A DNA stretch of 63,993 nucleotides, the filler included, from Chiloscyllium plagiosum (lineage: Eukaryota): the NCBI RefSeq assembly GCF_004010195.1. It is 4 parts of one record of this genome, joined end to end, with 100 filler letters (N's around TTAATTAATTAA, not from the genome) between each part and the next. Parts side by side here need not be neighbours in the genome. Positions count along the whole stretch, not along the records: positions 1 to 26,120 come from NC_057711.1; 3 more parts are not named here. The stretch is one strand, 5' to 3'. This document shows, piece by piece, positions 12,885 to 26,120 of this stretch. Numbering within the stretch: the stretch's first letter is position 1; each line of letters opens with the position of its first letter. Both the position numbers and the translations under genes were made by a program. The notes beneath the pieces are model-generated. The model searched no databases. It saw only the letters and a program-made list of their open reading frames with translations, and was not told where the DNA came from.

Positions 12885-13520
12885 TAAGATCCTAGGGAGT
12901 GTTGCTGAACAAAGAGACCTTGGAGTGCAGGTTCATAGCTCCTTAAAAGTAGAGTTGCAGGTAGATAGGATAGTGAAGAAGAAGTTTGGTATGTTTTCCT
13001 TTATTAGTCAGAGTACTGAGTACAGGAGTTGGGAGGTCATGTTGCGGCTGTACAGGACATTGGTTAAGCCACTGTTGGAATATTGCATGCAATTCTGGTC
13101 TCCTTCCTATCGGAAAGATGTTATGCTGACCTGCTGTGCTGTTCCAGCAATAAAGTTTCAACTTTGATCTCCAGCATCTGCAGACCTCACTTTCTCCTAA
13201 ATAGACAAAGTCTTTTCCCTGGGGTGGAGGAGTCCAGAACTAGAGGGCATAGGTTTAGGGTGAGAGGGGAAAGATAGAAAAGAGACCTAAGGGGCAACTA
13301 TTTCATGGAGAGGATGGTATGAGCTGCCAGAGGATGTGATGAAGGCTGGTACAATTGCAACATTTAAGAGGCATTTGGATGGCTATATGAATAGGAAGGG
13401 TTTGGAGGGATATGAGCTGGGTGCTGGCAGGTGGGACTAGATTGGGTTGGGATATCTGGTTGGCATGGATGGGTTGGACCGAAGGGTCTGTTTCCATGCT
13501 GTACATCTCTATGACTCTAA
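12885..13520 (+). mobile_element. HER1/CR1 3' fragment with a PLE-terminus piece at ~13123-13198
   Basis: LYRTLVKPLLEYCMQFWSPSYRKDV followed by CR1 tail. Confidence 0.85.
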
Positions 13521-13904
13521 CACATGTATTGCCTCTGGGTGATTCATTTGACTAATTCTGAACACAGGTAGCAAAGCAGATCTTCACCAAATAGCTCCAA
13601 GATGAAGAAAACTAATGAAAATATCCAGCCTATCAGATTTGCTCTGTACAGGGGGAACCTCACCTCTGTTGTTATGTTTCACTTACATTGGCAGAACATG
13701 ATATGGGTGGTCTTGGCACCTGACCATAGGCTTATATGTTGCAGGTCAAGTTCAGATGAAAGCTCATCATTCTGAAATGTTAATTATTATTCTCTCTCCA
13801 CACAGGCTTCCTGACTACTTCTGTATTTACTTCAGGGTTCCATTATTTGCAGTATTTTGCTTGTAGACTGTTGCAGGTTATCTGGGTTAGTGCTCTGTAT
13901 CAAC

Positions 13905-14020
13905 GACCCTGAGAAGAGCTCAAAACGTCAATTCTTCTGCTCCTCAGATGCTGCCTGACCGGCTGTGCTTTTCCAGCGCCACACTTTTTGACTCCGATCT
14001 TCAGTCCTCACTTTGTCTTC
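13905..14020 (+). mobile_element. Short PLE-derived element (family A, degenerate)
   Basis: AAAACGTCAATTCTTCTGCTCCTCAGATGCTGCCTGACC. Confidence 0.65.
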
Positions 14021-14621
14021 CGCTGTACTTTCTCCTTATGTTACCAGTGCACCTCAAGTCTTAATGTGCGCGATTCATGTTACAGTGACCACATTATTGT
14101 GAATTCTGAAGCACTAGACAGTCTTGAACAGTGGATTAATATTTCTAGCCATTCACTAGCTTAATCGCCAGCAGATCCTTTCACACATAGTGTAAAGACC
14201 CAGAGCAAAAAATATAGCGTTACGATTTGAGGAACCATGAAATGTGAATGGCACGCTGAATAATTCAATATGCATTAAATTTAATTTCTTCCCATGCATT
14301 ATCCCAAGACACAAAAGTTAAACCCAGTGTGTGGGGCAGCTTATTTAACAATGTGTGGTCTATGGTGAGCCAATGTATTTTGTTTTCTGTCTCAAATTTC
14401 AGAAAGTTATCCTTGTTACGCCTGACTTTGTTTCAGCTTTGTAACAATCTGAACATTCCTGAAGAAGCAACAGCTATTCGCAGCACAAAAGATTTTCAAC
14501 TGGATCGCTTCCTCACAACAGGAAAATCATGCAACTTCTGTCTGCTGCTGTCATCAGACAGCTCCACGCTATTGTTGCTCCTGAGTTGGGGCTCATGCAC
14601 TAGGCAGGATGGTCTGGTGTT

Positions 14622-15417
14622 CATTTCCCTCCCCACCCCTTTCCGCTTTCTGCAAAGACCATTCCCTCCTTGACTACCTGGTCAGGTCCACACCCCCCTA
14701 CAACCCACCTTCCCCTGCCACCGCAGGAACTGTAAAACCTGTGCCCACACCTCCTCCGTCACCTCCATCCAAGGCCCTAAAGGAGCCTTCCACATCCATC
14801 AAAGTTTTACATGCACATCCACTAATATCATTTATTGTATCCGTTGCTCCCGATGCNNNNNNNNNNNNNNNNNNNNGCACCAATCAACCCCACCGCCCTG
14901 TGGCCCAACATTTCAACTCCCCCTCAGCTGAGGACATGCAGGTCCTGGGCATCCTCCACAGCCGCTCCCTCACCACCTGGCACCTGGAGAAAGAAAGCTT
15001 CATCTTCCGCTTCAGAATACTTCAACCCCAGGGCATCAATGTGGACTTCACCAGTTTCCTCATTTCCCCTCCCCGCACCTTACCCCAGCTCCAACCTTCC
15101 AGCTCAGCACCCCCCTCATGAGTGGTCCTACCTGCCTATCTTCCTTTCCACCTATCCACTCCACCCTCCTCCCTGACCTATCACCTTCATCCCCACCCCC
15201 ACTCACCTATTGTACTCTATGCTACTTTCTCCCCACCCCCACCCCCTCTCATTTATCTCTCCACTCTGCAGGCACCCTGCCTCTATTCCCTGATGAAGGG
15301 CTTTTGCCCAAAACGTCGATTTTCCTGCTCCTTGGATGTTGCCTGACCTGCTGTGCTTTTCCAGCACTAGTCTAATCTAGACTCTGGTTTACAGCATCGG
15401 CAGTCCTTGTTTTTACC
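14622..15417 (+). mobile_element. 5'-truncated Penelope-like element (GIY-YIG, UTR, hammerhead motif) with 12-bp TSD
   Basis: RPVAQHFNSPS..LEKESFIFRFRILQPQGINVDF; TGGTCTGGTGTT at 14610-14621 and 15418-15429; 20-N gap inside. Confidence 0.9.
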
Positions 15418-15819
15418 TGGTCTGGTGTTTAACCCTACCAAGACCGGCTGCCGTTTAAGCTGTCTGAACACAAGAGGTTAGGGCTGCTACTGGATAGGCA
15501 GAGCTGAATGTTTTCAGCTTACATGGGGAGACTGACCCTTTGTTGATAGATGTTTTCAGCAAGGGACTGCATGTTGAACAAGAAGGCCAGCAGCTAAGGA
15601 AAGATCAGGGAGGGAAGGGAAGCCATTGCTTGAGATTCAGCAGCTACAAATGGACAGTTCAACGTGAAAGCAAACATGCTCAGTCCCAATAGACTGAACA
15701 ACAGGGAACAGCCTTTACAGGAAGATGCTGGGGCCAACTACACCAATGACTATGACAGGTCAAGAGAATGGGCAGGGATCATGTGCCACGGTCAAAATTA
15801 CAATGCCACCTATAAGATT

Positions 15820-16935
15820 TTTTTATTCTTCCTTGGAATATGGGCATCACTTGCTGGGCCAGTATTTATTTTCTATATCTAGTTGCCCTTGGTGGTGGTG
15901 AGCTGCCTTCTTAAACCACTGCAGTCCATGTGCTGTGAGTTGACCCACAATGCTATTAGGGAGGGAATGCCAGGATGTTGACGGAAAAACAATGAAGGTA
16001 TGGTGATATATTTCTGAGTCAGGATGCTGAGCGGCTTGGAGGGGAACATGCAGGTGATGTTCCCATGTATCTGCTGCCCTTGTCCTTCAAGATGGAAGTG
16101 GTTATGGGTTTGGAAGGTGCTGTCTGAGGATTAGGTTAGATTAGAATCCCTACAATGTGGAAACAGGCCCTTTGGCCCAAAAAGTCCACACGGACCCTCC
16201 AAAGCATAACCCACCCAGACCCATTCCCCTACATTTACCCCTGCCTAATGGAACTAACACTATGGGCAATTTAGCATGGCCAATTCACCTGTCCTGCACA
16301 TCTTTAGATTGTGGGAGGAAACCAGAGCATCCAGAGAAAACCCACGCAGACACAGGGAGAACGTGCAAACTCCACACAGACAGTTGCCGAGGTTGGAATC
16401 GAACCCAGGTCTCTGGTGCTGTGAGGCAGCAATGCTAGCCACTGAGCCACCGTGCCATCCATATCTTTGGTGAATTTCTGCAGTGCAGCGTGTAGATAGT
16501 ACTCACAGCTGCTACTGAGCATAAGTGGAGGGAGTAGATGGCTGTGAATGTGGTGCCAATCAAGTGGGCTGTTTTGTCCTGGATGGAGTCAAGCTTCTTG
16601 AGAGTTGTTGGAACTGCACCATCCTGGCAAGTGGGAAGTATTCCATTGCACTCCTGACTTGTGCCTTGTAGTTGATGGACAGTCTTTGGGGAATCGGCAG
16701 GTGTGATACTCACAATGTTCCTAGACTCTGATCCACTGTTGTCGCCGCTGTGTTTATATGGTGAGTCCAGTTGAGTTCCTGGTCAATGGTAACCTCAAGG
16801 ATATTGATATTGGGTGATTCAGTGATTGTAAAACAATTGAATGACAATGGGCAATGGTTAGATTGTCTCCTATTGGAGATGGTCATTGCCAGGCATGTGT
16901 GTGGCACTACTGTTACCGGTGACATGTCAGCCCAA
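15820..16935 (-). mobile_element. L2/CR1-like LINE 3' part with nested HE1
   Basis: TTLKKLDSIQDKTAHLIG and ITESPNINILEVTIDQELNW peptides. Confidence 0.8.
16131..16458 (-). mobile_element. HE1-type V-SINE
   Basis: tRNA head, V-domain GTGTGGAGTTTGCAC..TCTCCC, HER1-like tail. Confidence 0.9.
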
Positions 16936-17419
16936 GCCTGGATATTGTCCAGGTCTTCTGTTAAGGTCGTTCCATTGCTGCAACAGTGAGAAAATCCAAG
17001 TGAAGAGAGTTAAACTCAAAATCATGGCAAAGATAGGCCTGGGTAGGAATGCTGACAGGACACCTCAGACTTGAGAAAACGGGTGCTTGGAGGCAGGATA
17101 GGAATTTGCAAAGACCTGATTACAGACCTGAGGAAAGAAGATAGAAGTATGGAGGCTGGGGAAGGAAGATGGGTGGCTGGTTTTTAAAACCAGAAGGGAG
17201 AATGTGCTTCAGAAAAGTGACAGATGCATGGTGCTGCATAGAGGAATAAATGCTGAGCCATCAGGAACTTATGAGAGGAGTTTTAAGCAATCTGAAGGAG
17301 AGCTATAGCTGATGATGCACACAGATGGAAATGGTCGGGAGATATGTATGATGAGATGCAATAAAGTGACGTGAAATTGTTAGATCAGTGATCGAGAGAT
17401 GATGGGAGACTATGGGCAG

Positions 17420-17757
17420 GGAAAGCCCAGTAGTATTATCACTGGACTCCGAGATACAGATACTTTTCTGGAGTTCCAGGTTTGAATCCCACCATTGCAG
17501 AATTTGAATTCAATTTAAGAAAAGGTTCTGCAATTAGAAGTCTAATGCTGACCATGAATACATTGCTGATTGTCAGAAAAACCCATCTGGTTCACTAATA
17601 TACTTTAGGGAAGGAAACTGCCATCCCTGCCTGAGCTGGCCTACATGAGACTCCAGCAAAGTGTGGTTGACTCTTAACTACCCTATGGGCAGTTAGAAAT
17701 GGGCAATAAATGTTGGTCTAACCTGAGATGTCCTTATCCCATGAATGAATTTAAAAA
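17420..17757 (+). mobile_element. tRNA-derived SINE with conserved central domain (possibly Meta-type) and L2-like tail
   Basis: CCCATCTGGTTCACTAAT..TTTAGGGAAGGAAACTGCC core, also seen at 26520, 43090 (-) and 44140. Confidence 0.7.
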
Positions 17758-17882
17758 AAGAGAAAAGGGGTGGCTTTGATTTTGGAGAGTTGAGCTTACA
17801 TGGAGGGAGAGGTTTAGACTGCAAATTCAGAGGAGACAGAATAAGATGAGATGAGATTTAGGCTGAGATCACTAAGGATGAT

Positions 17883-18460
17883 GAATGGTTTAACTCCTAA
17901 CTCTAAGCTAATGATTCTTGCTTCCAGTCTCACCAGCCAAGGGAAACATTCTATATCCATCTGCCCTGTCAGACCCTGGAAGAATTTTGTAAGTTTCAAA
18001 TGGGATTTCGTTCCATTCTTTGAAATACTAGATAACAAAAGCCCAGTTTTGCCCAATTTCCCTGCCATCCCATGGAGTAGTCTAGTGAATCTCCATTGCA
18101 CTCCCTCTTAGGCAATTAAATCTTTCCTTAGATAAGGAGATCAAAATTATACACAGCACACAGGCCATGGTCTTTCAGGTTCCATAGAACTGCAGCAGGA
18201 CCTCTTTACTCCTGTACTCAAACTGCCTTCTGCTAAAGCCCAACAGACATTCTATAATTCATACAGTTGTTAATTGATAGTTGCGCCTACACGCTAACTT
18301 TTGGTGTCCCATAAACAGGGACAGCTAAGTCTCTTTGCATACCAAAAGCTCCCAAACCATCGTCAGTTAAGAAATATTCTGTGGTTTTTTTCTCTAATAA
18401 AGTGGATAACTTCAGACTTAGTCACTTTATAGCCCATTTGCCATGGAGTATAATATTTTG
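17883..18460 (-). mobile_element. Old CR1 fragment
   Basis: MQWRFTRLLHGM; SEVIHFIREKN. Confidence 0.65.
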
Positions 18461-18859
18461 TGAGCGAACAGACATTCTGAGGGAAGAAAGTCTGTGGGAA
18501 TGTGGTTATTTGTTCATCTGTTAGAAGAGTCGAAGGGGGTAGAGGTGAGTAGCGATGCAGTGGGATAACAAGTTGGAACATTGGTTTAGAAGGTCAAAGA
18601 GACAGGAGGATGGGAAAGTTAGCATCCCATCCCCTGGGTTGGCTCAAAGAGCTAAAGAGAATAGCTTGGCAGGGCAGTTTGAAAGCAAAGTGGAAGTGAT
18701 GACTTTTGGTGGAAATTAAAGGTGGGAAAACTATCCAAGAGTGGAGAGGGGTGGCTGGAAGCTAGGATGACTGGAATAAAGCATCAGAGAAAGGCCACAA
18801 AAACAAATGGATTCAGGTTCGAAATGACAATTAAAATGTACAAGAAAGTTCAAGTCAAA

Positions 18860-19200
18860 TGGGTGGCACGGCAGCTCAGTGGTTAGCACTGCTGCCTCAG
18901 AGAGCCAAGGGCATGGGTTCGGTTCCAGCCTCGGTCGACCATCTGTGTGGAGTTTGCACATTTTCCCAGTGTCTGCGTGGGTTTCCTCCAGGTGCTCCGG
19001 TTTCCTCCCACAGTCCAAAGATGTGCAGGTGAGGGTGGATTGGCCATGCTAAATTGCTCATAGTGATAGCTGCATTAGACAGGGCTAAATATGAGGTAGG
19101 GGAATGGGTCTGGGTGGGTTACTCTTCGGAGAATTGGTGTGGACTTGTTGGGCCTAACGGCCTGTTTCCATACTGAAGGGAATCTAATCTCATCTAACCT
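18860..19200 (+). mobile_element. HE1-type V-SINE
   Basis: GGTGGCACGGCAGCTCAGTGGTTAGC head, V-domain, AATCTAATCT tail. Confidence 0.9.
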
Positions 19201-19576
19201 AGGCAAGCCAGCAATTAAGACAGTTGTACCTTGTACCGTACAGATTTAAAGTTGTTGTACCTAACTACATTCTGTAATGTTTGTTGATGTTGCTATCAAC
19301 TGTCAATGCATTTTCACTTCATCAACAATCTCATTGAGAGAGTTTGGATGCTTATTACACTTGTGACGCAAAACCAAGTAAACTCTAAGGAGATGGCTAC
19401 TGTCAGAATTTTAAAAAAATAGTTCCCTGTTTAAGTTAAAATTGTATAAACAAGTATTGAAAATAAAAAGCATAGAGCATTTGTGCTTCATTAACAATAG
19501 ATAAACGTGTTCAGTTCCCAAGTATATTTTTGTTCCCCTGAACTTCAGACAAACTTTTTCTTTGCACCCTGATTAG

Positions 19577-19721
19577 TCCAAAACCACAGGTATGGTATGA
19601 CACTGGAAATAGGCTCCTCGTCACAGCCCAAGGAGCTGTTCCAAGCATCACAGGAGTCCTCTCCAACGACATCATTACCGGAACAGCCACTGGCATTGAG
19701 AGTCCATATGGAAGATCACCA
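19577..19721 (+). CDS. Candidate internal exon (phase 1 to 2): QNHRYGMTLEIGSSSQPKELFQASQESSPTTSLPEQPLALRVHMEDH
   Basis: GC-richer island in AT-rich unique DNA, pyrimidine tract + TAG, GTAACT donor; a second frame is also open. Confidence 0.4.
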
Positions 19722-20169
19722 GTAACTTTTTAAAAAATATCAAACCAGCATTATTAACATATTTCTTTGGATGGTATGGGAATAAAAATTTAAGCTGTGA
19801 GAGATCCTTCCTAACATTAGACATAGGAAGAAAAAAAATGACTTTAGCCTAACAGTCAAATTAAGTTTAAGAATTAACTAGCCAATATGATTTAAGACCA
19901 CAGCAAATTAATCATTCTGTTAAGGCCATCTAAGATTTTAAATAAAAGCAGTAATATTACCTTTGATCATATTCAATTTATCCAGTGATAATGCTCCTTG
20001 TGGACATTCTGCCATGTTAAAAAGCCAATCAATGAACTGTAATGGGGAAACATAAATATGATAATTAATTTAGGATTCAAATGAATAGAATGCATTAAAC
20101 AATTTGTTTTTATGAATAACACTGACTCAACTTCTGTTAAACAACTTCAACTAACACCAACAACTTCAC

Positions 20170-20345
20170 CAGTTGCATTCCCAGCTACCTCTTCCCCAGC
20201 CCCACCCCGCCTCCCATTTATCTCTCAGCCCCCCGGCCCACAAGCCTCATTCCTGATGAAGGGCTCTTGCTGCCTGACCTGCTGTGCTTTTCCAGCACCA
20301 CACTCTTGACTCTGATCTCCAGCATCTGCAGTCCTCACTTGCTCT
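20170..20345 (+). mobile_element. PLE terminus (family A), hammerhead 3' half deleted
   Basis: TTCCTGATGAAGGGCTCTTGC joined to TGCCTGACCTGCTGTGC. Confidence 0.7.
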
Positions 20346-20809
20346 TAGTTTTGAGCTTGTGTATGAATAATATTTGTTGTTTAAATTCCAAAGTGATGCA
20401 GACCATGTTGTCTCAATGTACTCAGTATTCCAGGATTATATAAAGGTCACTTCCTTCCTGGGGACACAGTCATTGGGATTTGATTGTCAAAATTTTCTGA
20501 TGCATAGCAATTAACTTCTGGTCTGCCCATCCAATAATTGTTATTTGTCTTGGATTCTTTCTGTATTATACACGGTTTTAGATTGAATACGCAATCTTCC
20601 AAGTCTAATGCTTATTTCACCTGCAAACTTAACCATTTATTAGATTCACAGTTGATCAAGTCTTCATCACTCCATTACCAAAGGTTAAGTGCTGTGACAC
20701 TACCTTTTCTCTTTACTAATCACTGAGTCCAACCCAGCTTCCTCAAGTTCAGTGATGCTCTTGCTCCACGTGGTCGCCTTGTTAGAACTTTCTAACCTGA
20801 CACTCCAAG

Positions 20810-22800
20810 TGGTTTTCTTTTAAATTCATTCCTGGAAGTAGGTGCCACTAGCTAGGCCAGTCCTCGTTGACCATCCAACCGTAATTGTCCTTGAGAAGCT
20901 ATGATGTGGAGGTGCTGGCGTTGGACTGGGGTGGACAAAGTTAAAAATCACACAACACCAGGTTATAGTCCAACAGGTTATTTGAAAATACAAGCTTTTG
21001 GAGCGCTGCTCCTTCATCAGGTAGCTGTGGAGCTGGATCATAGAGGACACAGAATTTATAGCAAAAGATCACAGTGTCATACAACAGATGTGATCCATTG
21101 AACAACCTAGATTGCTGCTGAGTTTTTCATCTTTTAGATTGGGATGCAGGATTTGATTCATTAACATGTAAACCCCTGAACTTCTTTCAGGTCATGTTCC
21201 GAGGCATGGTACATTGGCGAGACAAAGCAGACGCTATGACAATGGATGAATGGACACAGCGCAACAATAGCCAGACAGGGATGTTCCTTCCCAGTCAGGG
21301 AACACCTCAGCAGTCAGGGACAGTTGGCCTAGAATCTTCGGGTGATGTCCTCCAAGGCAGACTTTGGGATAGGTAACAACGCAGAGTGGCCAAGCAGAGG
21401 CTGATAGCCAAGTTTGGTACCCATGGGGATGGCCTCAATCGGGACCTTGGGTCCATGTCACACGACAGGTGACCCCACTACAGTACACACTCTCTCTTAC
21501 ACACATACAAGCACACATACTCACACATGTAGACCCTCTTTCATATACACTCACTCTCAGGCACACACAAACTAACCCCCCCCACACTCACACTCATGCA
21601 TACACCCTCTCACAGGAATATACTCCATCACACTCACGCATTCACTCTCTCTCCCTCTCTCACAGACACTCACTCACTCACATACACACCTATACGTCTA
21701 TAGAGTGAATTTGCATTAGCATAATTGTTCTTGTACAAAACACACAATCTGTAGGCAGTCAATCCATGTAACATTTTATAAATTCCTACTTTGGAAACAG
21801 AACCAGTCTGACTCAAGATTGGAATACAGACAGACTCTAACCTCAAACCTTTAATGCATGTCTGAGCTGACATGACACTTTTTAAAATATAAAACCTTAA
21901 GTTATCTCGAGAATGTGATTTGAAAGAAGCTCCTGGATTTACATATTAATGAATCGAAACCTGCAACCCATTCTAAAAGATGAAAGACTTAACAGCAATC
22001 TAGCTTTTTTCAATGTATCACATTAGTTGTATGACACTAAGATCTTTTGCTATAAGTTCTGTGTCCTATGATCCTGCCCCACTAGCTACCTGATGAAGGA
22101 GCAGCGCTCTGAAAGTGAGTGTTTCCAAATAAACCTGTTGGACTATAACCTGGTGTTGTGCAATTTTTAACTTTGTCCTTGAGAAAGTGATGGTGAAGGA
22201 TGGTCTTTTTGAACTGCTGCCAACGAGGTGGTTTAAGGGGCACCAAGAACAGTGTTGTTAGTAAGGGAGTTCCAAGATATTTGCTCAGTGGCACTGAAGG
22301 AATAGTGATATACATCCAAGTCAGGATGGTATGTGGTTTGGAGGACAACTTTTCCTGGCGTTGATAGTGTTCCTGTACATTTGCAGCCCTCCAGGTTTAG
22401 GGCGGTCGAGGCTGTGTGTTCAAAGTGAACAGACAGGCTTTGGGATAGACAGTAGTTGAGTTAGTCCCAACAGAATTTCTAGTCTCAGAGCTGTTCCTGT
22501 AGCCACAATATTCATATGGCTGGTCCAGGTCAGTTTCTAGTTAATGGTAGTCTCCAGGATGTTGATGGGGGTGCCAGCATTAGTAATGCTACTGAATGTG
22601 ATGGAAAGATGGCTAGATTCTTTCTTGTTGGAGATACTAACTGTGTGGTATTTGTGAGGGATAAATGGTACGTGCCACTTGTCAGTCCAAGCCTGGATAT
22701 TGCTGCATTTGGACCTGGGCTGCTTCTGTATCTGTGGAGTGGTGAATAATGCCGAACATTGTTCACTGATGTTTGCACATACCCATTTCTGACATTATTA
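20810..22800 (-). mobile_element. L2/CR1-like LINE 3' part, split by a PLE
   Basis: Tail at 20810-20897 resumes at 22173; same family as 15820-16935. Confidence 0.7.
20898..22172 (+). mobile_element. Penelope-like element (family B): GIY-YIG remnant between ~270-bp inverted terminal repeats
   Basis: WYIGETKQTL..KFGTHGDGLNRD at 21206-21450; 20931-21203 is the inverse of 21905-22178; flanking TTGTCCTTGAGAA at 20885 and 22173. Confidence 0.85.
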
Positions 22801-23804
22801 CATAGAAATAGGAGTGGGAGTAGGCCATTCAGCCCTTTGAGCCTGCTCTGCCACTCAATATGATCATGGTTGATTATCCAACTCAGTACCCCGTTCTCAC
22901 TTACCCCCCATATCCTTTTATCCCTTCAGTCTGAAGAACTATATCTAACTCCATCTTGAAAATGTACAATATCTTGGTCTCAGTTGCTTTCTGTTGCAGA
23001 GAAGAGCAGAGGTTCATCACTGTGTGAGACAAAATTTCTCCACATCTCAGTTCTAAATAGCCTGCTCCATATTGATGGATGGAAGGTCATTGATGATGCA
23101 ACTCAATATTGTCTAGCTAAGGTCACTACTCTGAGAAACTCCTGCAGATTGGAGGTTGAGTTTGATTGATCTCCAATAACAAGCATCTTCCTCTGTGCCA
23201 GTGGAGAGATTAGCCTGATTCCAGTTTTCATTTGCCTGGGTAGCTGGTTGGCAATGCAGAGTAATGACAACAGCATGGGCTCAATTCTCACACCGACCGA
23301 GGTTACCATGAAGGACTCCCCTTGTCTGAGATGTGTTGACCCTCAGGTTAAATCACCACCGATTGTTCCTCTCTAATGAGAGAGTAGCCTAATGGTCTTT
23401 ACATTTTGTTCCTGCATCCTTGCAATGGAGAAGCATCTTAATATGTTGCTCTGTATGCTTGCTTTTAAGATAAAAAAAACAAATAATATGTATTGGACAT
23501 TCAAACTGCAAAGAAAATATTGTTACTTTTTCTATAAAGGAATGAGCGAAGTTCTACCCTTGGTTTAGTGGGAACCTGAATTTCAGTGTGTTGAAAGGAG
23601 TTAACACCTTTAGAATCAGCAAGCTGAGAAATCGGCCAAAGCAACTTGAATTCTGCAGAAGCTATAAAATTCAACCACTCATTTTATTCATCGTGACTCT
23701 TGTTTAATCCAGGAAAAAACAGTTAGGATTATGTTGAACTATGGGAACAATCTCTAAGTCTAATGTCAGGCATTAACTTAAAAAACAAATATGTACAAAT
23801 ATAC

Positions 23805-23900
23805 AAAAACAGAAGTTGCTGGAAAAGCTCAGCAGGTCTGGCAGCAACTGTGGAGAGAAATCAGAGTTAACATTTCGGGTCCTTCCTTCTGTTCTGAGGA
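23805..23900 (-). mobile_element. PLE-terminus-type short repeat (family C)
   Basis: CTCAGCAGGTCTGGCAGCA..CAGAGTTAACATTTCGGGT, as at 9960 and 60393. Confidence 0.6.
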
Positions 23901-24009
23901 AAGAACTGTCAATGGCTGTGGATGATTAAATAATTTGCTGGAGGAGGCAGCCTCAATGATGGAAGAGCCCAGCACATCAGCATTTATAATAATCTTCGGC
24001 CAGAATTGC

Positions 24010-24310
24010 CAAGGACATTTTAAGACCAGGAGGCACATTTTTAAGATGAGAGGAGAGAGAGACTTAAAAAAAAGGCAAATATTTTATGCAGAGGATATTT
24101 CAAGTATGGAATGAACTTGCTGAGGGTGGATGCAGATACGATTACAACATTTAAAAAAACCATTTGGATAGGTACATGAATAGGAAAGGTTTGGAGGGAC
24201 ATGGGCCAGGAGCAGGCAGGTGGGACTAATTTAGTTTGGGATTATGTTCGGCATGGACTAGTTGGACCAAAGGGTGTGTTTCCATGCTGTATGACTCTAC
24301 ATGACTCTAT
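24010..24310 (+). mobile_element. HER1/CR1 3' end
   Basis: Matches the tail at 33650-33955. Confidence 0.75.
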
Positions 24311-24529
24311 TGCAGATACCATTCTTCAGCCAATTCAACTTACTCCTCGATGTCAAGAAACAGTTGGAGACACTGGATACTACAAAGGTTATGGGCCCTG
24401 ACAACATTCCGACAATAGTACTGAAGATTTGTGCCTCAGAACTTGCTGCTCCCCTAGCCAAGCTCTTCCAGTACAGTTACAACACTGGCATTTACCTGAC
24501 AATGTGGAAACTTGCCTAGGTATGTCCTT

Positions 24530-24825
24530 TAGGGTGTAGGTTTGCTCGCTGAGCTGTAGGTTTGATATCCAGACGTTTCATTACCTGGCGAGGTAACATC
24601 ATCAGTGGCGACCTCCAAGTGAAGCGAAGCTGTTGTCCCCTGCTTTCTATTTATATGTTTGTCCTGGATGGAGTTCCTGGGGTTTGTGGTGATGTCATTT
24701 CCTGTTCGTTTTCTGAGGGGTTGATAGGTGGTATCTCGATCTATGTGCTTGTGTATGGTGTTGTGGTTGGAGTGCCAGGCCTCTAGGAATTCTCTGGCAT
24801 GTCTTTCCTTAGCCTGTCCCAGGAT
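24530..24825 (-). mobile_element. Penelope-like 3' end (family D) nested in the LINE
   Basis: Minus frame ILGQAKERHAREFLEAWHSNHNTIHKHID (GIY-YIG C-terminus) followed by a hammerhead motif. Confidence 0.8.
24569..24608 (-). ncRNA. Minimal type I hammerhead ribozyme motif (family D), intact core
   Basis: CCA CTGATGA T GTTACCT cgcc AGGTAAT GAAA CG TC TGG. Confidence 0.75.
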
Positions 24826-25662
24826 AAAAAGCAGGACAAATCCAACCTAGCCCTATCAGTCTACTCTTGATCATCAATAAAATGATGGAAGGTGTCATCA
24901 GCAGTGCGATCAAGCAGCATCTGCTCAGTGACACCCAGTTTGGATTCCACCAGGGCCACTCAGCTCCTAATCTCAATACAGCCTTGGTTCAAACATGGAC
25001 AAAACAGCTGAATTCCAGAGAGGAGATGAAGGGAAGTAACATTCCTTGATAGTAAGGCCATATTTGACCCAGTGTGACATCAAGGATCCTGAACAAAATT
25101 AGAATCAATGGGAATCAAGAGGGAAACTCTCTGCTGGTTGGAGTCATATCTGGCACAAAGGAAGGTGGCTGTGGTGCTTGGACATTAGTCATCTCAGCTC
25201 CAGAACATCTCTGCAGGAGTTCCTCAGGGTGGTGTCCTTGACTCGACCATCTTCAGCTGCTTCATCATTGACCTTCACTCCATCATAAGGTGGGGATGTC
25301 CACCGATGATTGCACAATGTTCAGCACAGTGACTCCTCAGATATCGAAGCAGTCCATGTTCAAATGCAGCAAGACCTAGATAATATCCAGGCTTGAACTG
25401 ACAAGTGGCAAGTAATATTCAAGCCACACAAATGCCAGGCAATGACCATCACCAATAAAAGACAATATAAGCACTTCCCCTTGACATTCAATGGTGACAC
25501 CATCACTGAAGCCCCCACAATGAGCAGCCTCCCCATTTGCCTGAATGGGTGCAGCTCCAACAACACAAGAACTTGATATCATCCAGGACAAAATGGCCTG
25601 TTTGATTGGCACCACATCCATTCCCTCCACCAGCTCAGTAGCAGCACTGTGTACCATCTCCA

Positions 25663-26120
25663 TGATACATAGAACATAGAACAATACAGCACAGAACAGG
25701 CCTTTCGGCCCACGATGTTGTGCCGAACATTTGTCCTAGCTTAAGCACCCATCCATGTACCTATCCAATTGCCGTTTAAAGGTCACCAATGATTCTGACT
25801 CTGCCACTCCCACAGGCAGTGCATTCCATGCCCCCACCACTCTCTGGGTAAAGAACCCACCCCTGACATCTCCCCTATACCTTCCACCCTTCACCGTAAA
25901 TTTATGTCCCCTTGTAACACTCGGTTGTGCCCGGGGAAAAAGTTTCTGACTGTCTACTCTACCTATTCCTCTGATCATCTTATAAACCTCTATCAAGTCA
26001 CCCCTCATCCTTCGCCATTCCAATGAGAAAAGGCCTAGCACTCTCAACCTATCCTCGTACGACCTATTCTCCATTCCAGGCAACATCCTGGTAAATCTTC
26101 TCTGCAACCTCTCCAAAGCT
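25663..26120 (-). mobile_element. Young CR1 3' end running into a gap
   Basis: Uninterrupted 126-aa ORF2 C-terminus at 25736-26116. Confidence 0.9.

Larger units (their letters stand above)
24311..25662 (+). mobile_element. L2/CR1-like LINE RT region
   Basis: LDTTKVMGPDNIP..ASELAAPLAKLF; QFGFHQGHS; GVPQG. Confidence 0.85.

Noticed and set aside
14403..14610. Open frame after TTTCAG acceptors (LCNNLNIPEEATAIRSTKDFQLDRF)
   Set aside because: No convincing donor, and the phase does not fit the preceding candidate exon
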